Assembly (NCBI GenBank): GCA_963765895.1
Contig: CAVXZB010000005.1
Location: forward strand, 1-52,575
Direction of reading: 5' to 3'
Length of the DNA: 52,575 nucleotides
Origin: an uncultured Nitrososphaeraceae archaeon
Lineage (GTDB): Archaea > Thermoproteota > Nitrososphaeria > Nitrososphaerales > Nitrososphaeraceae
In this document: positions 12,859 through 23,841 of the stretch, piece after piece
Layout of the letters: every line of letters starts with the position of its first letter
How positions within the stretch are numbered: position 1 is the first letter of the stretch
Notes under the pieces: model-generated
Seen by the model: the letters and a program-made list of their open reading frames with translations, nothing else
Databases searched by the model: none
Told to the model about the DNA's origin: nothing
Translations under genes and position numbers: made by a program

Positions 12859-13123
12859 TTTGAGAACGACGGTAATTCATTTGGTGTTACTGCAGTAGTC
12901 GATGGGCTTGATGCGTTTCCACCCGCAGAGCCTGAGGGTGATGTTGTATTGTTTTTCGATGCCCCCGCATTGTTGAATTGTTCACTGTTTGTCGGGCTGA
13001 TCCGCCTTGTGCAAATGCCTGATGTGAGGACTGTGTGCCAGCTGCTGTTACTGACAAAAGCAGAAATCCAGAGATTGCAATCGTTGCTATTAGATACGAT
13101 TTTTTCAGTTCATTCTTATGCAT
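12859..13123 (-). CDS. 5' part of a secreted protein, truncated at the fold point
   Basis: MHKNELKKSYLIATIAISGFLLLSVTAAGTQSSHQAFAQ signal-peptide-like N-terminus, then a Ser/Asn/Thr-rich linker running into the apex; contains indels. Confidence 0.65.
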
Positions 13124-13280
13124 TATTAAAAAAGGGCACCGTCTGAAATTTAACTGTTTCATTATTCGCATCTGCAAATAAGTTCGATTTCTTCTTCTAT
13201 AAGAAAATAACCCTTCTTCAAATGATCTGATCTGGATATCTTATCTTCAAATTATAGATACGTACTTGAATGTGGAAGGA

Positions 13281-13876
13281 TTATATATCCTGGAGGAGCC
13301 ATCCCTCAGGAAAAAATTTTGCACTGTCTCCCTCCTCGCCAATATGGGTAGCATATCTCCAAACTGGAGTATTCCTGTCAATCCTTACTTGTCTCTTTAT
13401 TGTTCGTAAGGAGCAAATTCCCTAATCAGGCTACCTTTTTTGGGTTTGTCAAGATTCGCATACAAAATTGACATCTGGAATCTAGCACTGGATCCCGATT
13501 ATTCGTATTTTCGGTGACTGGGTATGCACGGCATGCCAATGGACGTTCTTCATAAATTATACATCGATAGCCCACATTTGGGGCTCTCAGGTCTGAATAG
13601 GTATCAAGAAAAGGACAGTTATCTCCAGTAGCGTCCCTTCCCATGATCTGATACATTAAAATTTCTTCAGGACCATCACCAAGGCTATTCCTACCTATTC
13701 CTACTCGTGGCAGGATTTTAATTTCCAAATTATTCCTTCGGGCACTTTCCTCAATCTTTGATTTTTCGTGTGGTAACAGCAAGACACCAGTCTTACCGGT
13801 ACTCTATTGATGGAAAATATTGTCTATATATACAACAATCTGAACACCCATCGACACATCGAAATTGCTTATACAT
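13281..13876 (-). CDS. YkgJ-family cysteine-cluster (putative Fe-S/Zn) protein, frameshifted
   Basis: Manual translation from ATG 13876 gives MYKQFRCVDGCSDCC; the ORF 13426..13782 then has CPFL and CIIYEERPLACRAYP. Confidence 0.85.
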
Positions 13877-14360
13877 ATAGCTCACTATACTTTATGCTAT
13901 TATACTCAACACTATAAGGTGATAAATCCTGATAGCGTTGAAAGAGAATATTATAAATCATCTTAGATTTTTTCAGCAATTCAAGGTCATACTCAGGACC
14001 TTCACTATGAGCTTTCGGCTCTTTGGTCTTATAAATACCGAAACGCAAGAGTGCAATCTTTTCGACTCCGTGTTTAAATTTTTGGTAATTCTCAGACATG
14101 GGTATACTCTTTACGAAACCTAGATTCTGATCCAATAAAGACGACTTACAATATAAAATAAACCAATATCTAGTCTCTGTTTCGACAAAAGTCAGCATAA
14201 TCTTATCATCGGGCCACCAATCAACAGCTTTCTTCCACAACTTTAAAGCATCTCTCTTGTCTTCGAATAACGGGAAAATATTCATATAAACATCCTGATA
14301 GCGATATCCTACACCAATGAATGTGCTATACCACGTTATCGGTTCTACATGATCTGTCAA
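13869..14360 (-). CDS. Hypothetical protein (163 aa)
   Basis: Protein-like composition; stop overlaps the YkgJ start, suggesting an operon. Confidence 0.7.
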   Translation of the reverse strand: MTDHVEPITWYSTFIGVGYRYQDVYMNIFPLFEDKRDALKLWKKAVDWWPDDKIMLTFVETETRYWFILYCKSSLLDQNLGFVKSIPMSENYQKFKHGVEKIALLRFGIYKTKEPKAHSEGPEYDLELLKKSKMIYNILFQRYQDLSPYSVEYNSIKYSELYV

Positions 14361-14514
14361 GTTGTTAGTATCTACCTTGTACTGCTAGATATGACTGTTT
14401 GTCAACGTACACTGATACTTGTATGTACCTATTAACGTAGATAAAATCGGATTTGATACTATCTTATCTATAAGGGATAGACGTATTGGCTAAGTTTTAT
14501 AGTTCATATCCTTT

Positions 14515-14685
14515 TTATTCTTTTTCTACTACGTCAATATGACATTGATGTCCCCTATGTTCCTTGTCGATTACCATGGCTTCTTGTTCACTTATCGGAA
14601 ATTTTCCCTGATCTAGAACGTTCTGCCCTTGTTTTTCCAGTAATATCCTCTTACATACATCGCATATTAATTGCTGCACGATCAT
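14515..14685 (-). CDS. 56-aa putative Zn-binding microprotein (not in the ORF track)
   Basis: Manual translation MIVQQLICDVCKRILLEKQGQNVLDQGKFPISEQEAMVIDKEHRGHQCHIDVVEKE*; CxxC plus HxxHxCH. Confidence 0.75.
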   Translation of the reverse strand: MIVQQLICDVCKRILLEKQGQNVLDQGKFPISEQEAMVIDKEHRGHQCHIDVVEKE

Positions 14686-14883
14686 GATGCTGATGATTCA
14701 CGGACAGAAAAATATAGAGGTTATGATTTTAGTGATGTAACCAACAGGATGAAATCGCCATCTAATATCAAAAGATCAAACCCACCTGGGAATGCAAAGT
14801 ATTCGAATTTTCTTATCACTGATATTACTGTAATAAACGACTGGTCAAACCTCTATAAGTCGCATCGCTTCCACAAAGATTTA

Positions 14884-15030
14884 ATGGAAAAGACATGCGC
14901 ATATTGCGGAAAAACCTTCCTGGGTGAAGGATGGCCTCACGTAGAGGGCGATTCTAACAGGGGCGTTACAAAGATAGAGCAATTTTGTTCTGAAGAACAC
15001 AAGTACAATTTCCTGACATCTAGATCATGA
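14884..15030 (+). CDS. 48-aa TRASH/FCS-like Zn-finger microprotein
   Basis: MEKTCAYCGKTFLGEGWPHVEGDSNRGVTKIEQFCSEEHKYNFLTSRS; CxxC...FCSxxH. The longer ORF from 14671 is not preserved in the other arm. Confidence 0.7.
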   Translation: MEKTCAYCGKTFLGEGWPHVEGDSNRGVTKIEQFCSEEHKYNFLTSRS

Positions 15031-15315
15031 AAACTTATTTCGAATAGTTCCCAAAAGTCCCTTTCTATTCTCCTTCTTTTCTACAGACTTGAAACACTTT
15101 GGACACAGTGCTCTAAGGTTAACTGGTCTATTGTCCTTGTGGGAACCATTAATATGTTCAAAATGAGGTGAAATACTTCCGCTAAATTTCACTGAACATT
15201 TTTGGCATCTCTTATGTGCCCTTTCCAGAACAGTTTGTCGGATAGCCATAGTCAGATGTTCATATTTGCTCTTGTCGACTTTATTATTCTGATCCCCCCC
15301 TCCGAAGAATGACAA
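15025..15315 (-). CDS. Small stand-alone HNH-like (Zn-finger) protein
   Basis: RCQKC...FEHING...DNRPVNLRALCPKCF. Confidence 0.8.
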   Translation of the reverse strand: MSFFGGGDQNNKVDKSKYEHLTMAIRQTVLERAHKRCQKCSVKFSGSISPHFEHINGSHKDNRPVNLRALCPKCFKSVEKKENRKGLLGTIRNKFS

Positions 15316-15383
15316 TACAAAATCGTATTGCTAATCTCCAACTTATTTCTTACGGCTTTGAAAATTAGACCGCATGCGAACTT

Positions 15384-16029
15384 TTAGTTAGGCAAGAAAA
15401 GTTTACAATGGTATCTTGAATGAAGGTCTGCAAGCCTTAGGGGTTCAGGAATGTTCTGTCCTATCCTTATGAGTTTCCTTACTAATTTAATCGAGTCAGT
15501 TAGGCTAATCCTGTTCCCAACACTAACGTAAACACGTTTATTTAGAGGATTCGTATGCATAAAACCACAAATTGTTCCATCTATTTCAACAAAATGTTTG
15601 CTATTAACTTCACCACATAGGAGTTTCTTAGCAATTCCTATTGTAGGTTTATTAATTAGCACTCCGATAAATGAAGCCAGTCCGCATTTCCGTGGATGCA
15701 GACACTCCATGACCATCGAGTATTAGTACATCAAAATCACATCTCAATAATCTCATAGTATGCAGGATCGGTGCTCCTTCTCTCAAAATAAATGCACCTG
15801 GAATATAAGGAAATTTAATCGGCGTTACAGATTCTGCAACTTCTACTGTATCAAAACTTGTGCTGTCCATTACTACTGCAGCACCAAAAGCACGATCACC
15901 TTTATACGAAACGTCTATTCCACAAATATATTTTAATGAAGTATATTTACCACTTTGAACAACTTTATCAGCGATCAATTGTTGTAGTCGTGGCACTACA
16001 TAATAGATTACTGAGCTTGGTAACATCAA
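15384..16029 (-). CDS. nfi: Endonuclease V, right-arm copy with one frameshift (~15700)
   Basis: ORFs 15652-16029 and 15384-15716 together reproduce 9686..10330. Confidence 0.9.
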
Positions 16030-16179
16030 CTCAGCTAATCAACACAAAATACCAATATGAAGGAATTGATCGTAATAGCAAAAATCATACTAATAATATA
16101 CTTAACTAAAATACAATAGCTTTTTCGACCGTCGATAATATTGGCGACCAGAGTCCGAATTTCAATATCCGATGCAAGA

Positions 16180-16633
16180 TTACTGTTGCGTAGGATTCGC
16201 CATCATAAAAGGAGTAGTTGGTCCTATAAAGCAGTATGTTACATGTGAACATACTATGTTAGTAATATCATTTCTACAACTCATAAAGCTTCCCATGGCA
16301 GCTTATATTCTGATTGCCAGTCGTTGCAACATCTGCTCTATCACCCGTATTATCCTTAGACTCGGCGTTCTGATTGTTATGATCGTTTCGACTATCTGCT
16401 CTACTGTGATTATTATCGTGCGATTTTTTGTCCTGATTGTTATGATCGTTTCGACTATCTGCTCTACTGTGATTATTATCGTGCGATTTTTTGTCCTGAT
16501 TGTTATGATCGTTTCGACTAGAAGCCATTATAGACTCAGAGGAACAAACTGATAACATTAAAGCAAGCGATAACGCGATAAATGTCACTATACTTATCTG
16601 TATAGAGTATTTATGTAGCATCCTATTTTTCAA
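16180..16633 (-). CDS. Right-arm copy of the His/Asn/Asp-repeat secreted protein (frameshift ~16297)
   Basis: Mirror of 9083..9535. Confidence 0.72.
16370..16520 (-). repeat. 63-bp tandem repeat, mirror copy
   Basis: Reverse complement of 9196..9346. Confidence 0.95.
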
Positions 16634-17925
16634 CGGGTTAATAATATATTAGAAATGCTCTGAACTCAGCACGAATAATAGTCAAGCATTTCCTACTGTA
16701 AGTCAATGAAAAGTTAATCGAATGTAAGAAAATACTATGAATATAATCAGCATTTTTAATCTAGTCTCGACGACAGCAGCGGAACTCTAAAACATCTGCC
16801 GAATAAATGCACATAATTGTACTTCTTCACATCTACCAAGCCGTGACTTTAACTAAATGTATCTCCTATGGGTATTCTTAATACTGGTACTAGGATGTCA
16901 CAAATTCCTGCCATCTATAAGTTGTAATTCTTGTAATCACCATCTCGAAGTGCTACCTGAGGCTTCCACGTTAGGACTCTACTTATTTATTCCTTAGAAA
17001 GATCTCCGATGTCTAACTGGACCAATTCACAACGTGGTACGACTTATTATCATTGTTACTCTTCATTCTTGGGAATAATCTTAAGTGATTTATTCGGTGA
17101 TAATTGGCCTTCCTATGATATTTTTCTGAGAATAAAAATGGAAGTTAATCAAAAGTCGAGAATTTTGACAGGACTTTACCACATACGAATAGTTATGAAA
17201 TACTGCATTTCCATTATTGTTAAGGTTTCTATACATTGTTTGGTACAGGCACATCCCTTTTCCTACAGATGCGAATTTTAAGAACGTGCAGCATTAGAAT
17301 CAGACACTTTACTTTTCAGATCAGCCGATGTTTAACTGTAACAACTTCAAATAATCAGGATCTCGAATCGGATGCTTGTTGCCTAACACTGGACGCAATT
17401 CCAGGTGTAAAGGTGACCCATTTTTATGAATGAGATATTTGTTTGACCCATTTCAGAATTGATTAATTGGATGGTAAATCTGCTTCTATTCCTTGCTCGT
17501 ATGCTGGAAGAGAATTTAGTTGTGTGGCTGATATTGTCATTGGAATCAATAGTTTGTACTTGGCCATGGACGTGAAGTTAACGATTAGCGAGAAGGTCTG
17601 TTGTTGCATTGTGGTTGGGAATAATTTCATAATCTCTAATTTGTATCTATATAATGCTATTCTTGGAAAGGTAACACATTCTGGCAAACTTATCTTGAAA
17701 AGTCGCTCCTAAAAATAGACATTTATCTATCGATACTATCCTTGATTTAGACAACAATTTAGTAGCGTATAATCCCAATGGGTACGCAACGAGTCGTGAC
17801 GATTAATACAATTCAATAATTAGACTGGAGTAGAAGTATCAAATCGGGTAATTCGGTGTTGTGACACATGTTGGACGCCAATGTTAAAGACCTTCTTTCC
17901 AAAAGTCTAAACCTGAATTCTTTGA

Positions 17926-18024
17926 TGGACCGGGTGGGATTTGAACCCACGACCACCTACGTATCCTCTGCATATAAGTACATGCATGCAAGGCAGGTAT
18001 TCTACCAGACTAAACTACCGGCCC
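17926..18024 (-). tRNA. tRNA-Ala(UGC) with a 25-nt intron, right-arm copy
   Basis: Reverse complement of 7690..7788. Confidence 0.95.
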
Positions 18025-18335
18025 TATATAGAATAAGCCAGAATAATTGTTAATTTAATCTTTCTTTTCTTGTGAATTGCCAGTGATTAGTGGTCGATGA
18101 TCTAAAAATCAGCACTTGATAACTGAGACTGAATTTCTTACTAATAGTCCCGATGATGGTCGTATCCTATAATTTCACGAGCGCTAGGCTGTGCTGCATA
18201 TGCAATCAATTATAGACTGAAAAAATGCGACGCTTGTGGACGGCACCAATGCAATAATTAAAGTCTTGCTTATTCTCAATTCAAACAATATTTAGTTTGA
18301 TAACTATTTTAACCGGTACGTACGTTATCAACTTT

Positions 18336-19199
18336 ATGTCACAAGGTTCAAGTAATTATTCTCATCCCGAGGTTCTTTGCGAAACTGACTGGGTCGCAAC
18401 TAAATTGGATAACAAACCGGATACAATTATCCTTGAGGTCGATTACGATCCTGAAAACGCATATCGAAAGGGACACATACCAGGAGCCCATCTAGTCTGG
18501 TGGAAAAAGGATATAAATGATGGAACAAGGCGAGATATAATAAACAAGAAGGAGTTCGAGAAATTAATGTCCAGAGTCGGGGCAAATTCCGATTCGACTC
18601 TTGTATTATATGGTGACTTTAATAATTGGTTTGCTGCATTTGCTTTCTGGGTATTTAAGTATTATGGGCATTCGAATATAAAAATAATGAACGGAGGTAG
18701 AAAGAAGTGGGAATTGGAAAAGCGAACATATTCTACGGACCAACCCGAGAGCGAGTCTTCCAGCTATGTTGCAAAACCAATTGACGAAGGTATACGTGCC
18801 TATCTTCAGGACGTAAGCAGAGTTATGAAGAAAGCTGAATCTGTTCTTGTTGATGTTCGGTCCCCCAAAGAATTTTCTGGCGAAATTACCGCACCTCCAG
18901 AATATCCTTCAGAACATGCCCAGAGAGGCGGACATATTCCAGGCGCTCAAAATATACCATGGGCTCAAGCCGTAAATGACATAGATGGAACTTTCAAGAA
19001 TGTTAGTGAGCTAAAGACGTTGTATGAAGGCAAGGATGTCACGCCTGATAAGCATGTAATTTGCTATTGCAGAATAGGAGAAAGGTCATCGCATAGTTGG
19101 TTTGTATTAAAATATCTCTTAGGTTATCCTTCAGTACGAAATTATGATGGGTCTTGGACGGAATGGGGTAATATGATCGGAAATCCCATAGAAAAATAA
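18336..19199 (+). CDS. Thiosulfate sulfurtransferase (tandem rhodanese)
   Basis: GHIPGA twice, YCRIGER and YDGSWTEWG. Start placed at ATG 18336. Confidence 0.94.
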   Translation: MSQGSSNYSHPEVLCETDWVATKLDNKPDTIILEVDYDPENAYRKGHIPGAHLVWWKKDINDGTRRDIINKKEFEKLMSRVGANSDSTLVLYGDFNNWFAAFAFWVFKYYGHSNIKIMNGGRKKWELEKRTYSTDQPESESSSYVAKPIDEGIRAYLQDVSRVMKKAESVLVDVRSPKEFSGEITAPPEYPSEHAQRGGHIPGAQNIPWAQAVNDIDGTFKNVSELKTLYEGKDVTPDKHVICYCRIGERSSHSWFVLKYLLGYPSVRNYDGSWTEWGNMIGNPIEK

Positions 19200-19207
19200 T
19201 AACTGGA

Positions 19208-19519
19208 TTGGTAATGACTAATCAAAATGCTCCTGTAAAAACAGGCCAGTTTTATTCTATTTTCGACGAGGGTCAATCCTTCGTACCTGAAGATAGAACT
19301 AAGAAGGGACTGGAAGTACTTGAAAAGAGCTATGATGACAAATTTAATGCTGAGGCAGACAAAGGGATGATATACGATATCGATGGTATCGGGCATAGGG
19401 TTGCTATAAGATGGTACTTTACCAAAGCTAAATATCTGATAGGAGACGTAATCACACTTGCAGAGGGACTCGACACCAAATATCGAGAGATAAGAGAAAT
19501 GACATGCCCTGATGATTAA
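19208..19519 (+). CDS. Hypothetical protein (~100 aa), probably co-transcribed with the rhodanese
   Basis: Starts 8 nt after the rhodanese stop; protein-like composition. Confidence 0.75.
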   Translation: MVMTNQNAPVKTGQFYSIFDEGQSFVPEDRTKKGLEVLEKSYDDKFNAEADKGMIYDIDGIGHRVAIRWYFTKAKYLIGDVITLAEGLDTKYREIREMTCPDD

Positions 19520-19564
19520 CAATCGAAATACTTTTAGCCTCTAACTCCACGATTATAATTAGCA

Positions 19565-20606
<1,042 letters not shown>

Positions 20607-20755
20607 CCAAATCCAGATGACATTGTAAGCCCTCAATTCAATTTATTGCGAAATTTGAGAATTGGTGTTCTGAGCAGGAAAACAATGTCAATAGGATCAA
20701 CAGATTTGTAGATAATTAGCCTGTTGTCGGATCTTGAAAACATTGCAATATCAGG

Positions 20756-22934
20756 TTGGCTAAGAAAGGATTCTTAATGTTCGGACTAGAAATTTTTCTG
20801 TATATTATTTTTGTCTCTGTCGCTTGGATAATGACTTTATATACACTCAACTTCTACTATCTTTTTTATCGATCACATCACAACTCGAGGGATAAACGAT
20901 ATAGACATTCATCAAGCCAAGCCTAAATCCATGAATCTGCCAGTGGTTAGTATACAGCTGCCATTCTACAACGAAAAATATGTAGCATTGCGTGTACTCC
21001 AAGCTGTCTGCAATCTGGATTACCCCAAGGATAGAATGCAGATTCAAGTATTGGATGATTCAGATGATGATACATGCAGATTAATAAGAACTGCCATCGG
21101 CGAGTACACAGCCAAAGGATTCGATATCGTCTACCTGCATCGAGACAAGGATCGAACAGGATATAAGGCTGGGGCCCTAAGTGAGGGAATGAGGTCTCTC
21201 AAGGGCGACTTCGTGGCCATTTTCGATGCTGATTTTGTTCCTTCATCTTCATTTCTTAGAGATACCTTGATACATTTCTATGATCCACGAGTTGGCTTCG
21301 TCCAATGTAGATGGGCACACTTCAACGAGAATTATTCCAGTTTAACCGCTGCACAAGCATTGTCTCTTGACCTTCACTTCTTGATTGAGCAAAAGGCAAA
21401 AAGCATGACAAATCTCTTTATGAATTTTAATGGAACAGCCGGAATTTGGAGAACAGATTGTATACAAGACGCAGGTGGATGGCAAACAAGTACACTTGTA
21501 GAGGATCTTGATTTGAGTTTTCGGGCCCAACTGAAGGGATGGAAGTGTCTGTTATTAGAAGATACAGTCGTGCACGGTGAACTTCCAGTCCAGATGAATG
21601 CAGCAAAAAGGCAGCAATTTAGGTGGGCAAAGGGATCGACGCAGGTATCACTCAAGTTAATGGTTGATTTATTGCTCGGAAGAAAAATTTCTTTTGAGGC
21701 GAAAATTCAGGCATTTATGCAATTAACTCGGCATTTTGTACATCCGCTATTTCTAATCCAGTTTCTGATATTTCCAATATTGCTTGCAATGGACAATCTT
21801 CATACTGTTACATTAACCACAGTACCTGGAATACTCGTTTACGTACTTATGGGCCCAGCCGCACAGATCTACATAATACGAAAAATTTGGGGAAATAGAT
21901 GGAGGGAAAAGGCAAAGCAGTATTTCTTTTTAGTATTATTTGCTAGCGGAATTTCGATTAATAATACTATCGCCATCTTCGATGCGCTTATTGACAAGAG
22001 AAATGAATTTTTACGGACCCCAAAGTTTGGAGTGATCAATCGCAATGATGAGTGGCGACATAAATCATATGCCTTGCCCTTTACAAAAACTACACTGTTA
22101 GAATCATTTTTCTGCATTTATGGCTGTATAGCCATCTTCATATCAATTGTTTCACGAAATGCTGTGTTCATGCCCTTTATCGTAATACAGACATTAGGTT
22201 TTGCATACGTTGTATATCTTGGTATTACTCATTCATTTAATAAAGAAATACAACAGGATATCCCACGTAAGCGCATACCATCCGTTGAAGAATCGGAGGC
22301 CCATACAACTTCAAGACACGTACTTTACGACCCCTTTCCAGGCAGCTATCAAGCTATTCCAAAGTTCGGGTTCATATCGAAGAAATTAAGTTGGAGAGAC
22401 TTTCGTAATGATATTATGAAAATTGATCGTAGTAAAATTATTCTACTTACAATCATAATATTGATAGCCCTCGGGGTTGGCCTGGCCTATACTGGATATC
22501 AAAATACCATATATCCCTCGGAGAAGGCTTTAGGCTATTTGTCAAGGGCTGAGGCTTCTCAAAGTCCACAGTCTATGGTGAAGTATTTAAGAATGGTTTC
22601 CATGTTATTGCCCACTTCAGGTAATCCTGTTTGGATTTTTCCAAATCCCTCCACAGATTTCTCATTAATTCATGATGAACTAGACGAAATGGCCCTCCGT
22701 GCAAAGAGAATTACAAATCTAGGCATAGATACTTCAGGTTATAGCACAGGGCTTGGGGACTTGCGAATGTCAATAAAGATTATAGAAGATAATTTATCAG
22801 AAATCACACCCTATTTGTATCTAAGCTTATCGAATATACTTGTTACAATTGGATGGATAGCGACCATTTTTTGGATGTTTATTCTTATTAAAAGAGTTGG
22901 TGATAAGAATCAGAGGGAGTTTACTACTATCTAA
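20756..22934 (+). CDS. Cellulose-synthase-like processive GT2 glycosyltransferase with a C-terminal membrane-anchored domain (frameshift ~20922)
   Basis: QLPFYNE, QIQVLDDS, YKAGAL, FDADF, FNGTAGIWR, EDLDL and QQFRW (QxxRW) motifs; multiple TM helices. Confidence 0.9.
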
Positions 22935-23048
22935 ACACGATGGATGGTTCAAGAAGCGTTGATATAGAATTTAAGGAAATCTAGAAAAGGCAAAATGCCA
23001 ACGTTTTACCAGCTAAAAGTGCTGGATTCAAGGTCGTTTCATTTATTG

Positions 23049-23100
23049 TGTCAGATACCCTAGTTCTTTCATCACAATTCAGATAGGATATTCATCATCC
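23049..23100 (-). ncRNA. Box C/D methylation guide sRNA (right-arm copy)
   Basis: Minus strand reads GG-ATGATGA-ATATCCTAT-CTGA-ATT-GTGATGA-AAGAACTAGGGTAT-CTGA; all four boxes are consensus. Confidence 0.88.
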
Positions 23101-23172
23101 GAAAAACAGTCATTTTCAATATATTAATACCTTTTCTTTACTGGTTTAAACATATTAATCAAAGATTAAGCA

Positions 23173-23835
23173 ATGCCTTACGTCCTGCCTTATATAGGGA
23201 TATCGAAGCTTATTCATATGTCAACCGAGGAGCAGGTAATAGCAAAAATCCTTACTGCAGGGCCTCTTGGAATTAAAAAATCTGAATTACGTAAATCGTT
23301 TATAGGCTTTGATGTCGAAGGATTGTTACATAGACTAGTAACGACTGGTGATGTTCTTATCGAAAAGAAAGGGACTTCATACTATTGCTGGCATAAGGAT
23401 CATTATTTGCAAAGCCTCCTTAATTCTGACCCAAAGTTTAGATTAATCTACGATTCATTAAGGTCATTAGAAAAGTCATTACTAAATACTACTCCGTCAG
23501 GCTCAAAACCAAATGAATCAAACGGACCTGAACAGCTAGGCAATAACCCTGATACTATAGCCACAACTGTCGTCGAAACTGAATCTACAGATTTAGCGGA
23601 GTTTATGCAGGAATTTGACAATGCGATAGCAGAAAATTCGAATTCGATAGGCTGGGTAGAATTAGAGAAAATCAAAAATGATCTCTCCAGTAAACTTGCC
23701 TATCAGCGGGACGACTTTTACAACCAGGTCAAGCAACTAGTTGAGAAAAATACCGATAGGTATGAGCTTTCAACTGGTGGAAAAGACGGAATTATGATTA
23801 GAGGTTTGCTACACGGATTTGTGAGGTGTATCTGA
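23173..23835 (+). CDS. Hypothetical protein with putative winged-helix domains (likely start ATG 23218)
   Basis: N-terminal GIKKSELRK...LLHRLVTTGDVLIEKKGTSYYCW fits a wHTH pattern; low-complexity linker; second folded C-terminal domain. Confidence 0.8.
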   Translation: MPYVLPYIGISKLIHMSTEEQVIAKILTAGPLGIKKSELRKSFIGFDVEGLLHRLVTTGDVLIEKKGTSYYCWHKDHYLQSLLNSDPKFRLIYDSLRSLEKSLLNTTPSGSKPNESNGPEQLGNNPDTIATTVVETESTDLAEFMQEFDNAIAENSNSIGWVELEKIKNDLSSKLAYQRDDFYNQVKQLVEKNTDRYELSTGGKDGIMIRGLLHGFVRCI

Positions 23836-23841
23836 AGCACT

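Noticed and set aside
12841-12911. Covalently closed hairpin telomere of a linear replicon
   Set aside because: The fold lies inside a coding sequence, has a 35-nt asymmetric spacer and noisy flanks, and no protelomerase is visible. Not formally excluded without reads.
12691-13146. 151-aa ORF spanning the apex
   Set aside because: Its first half is the secreted-protein frame and its second half is the antisense of the same sequence; it is a product of the fold.
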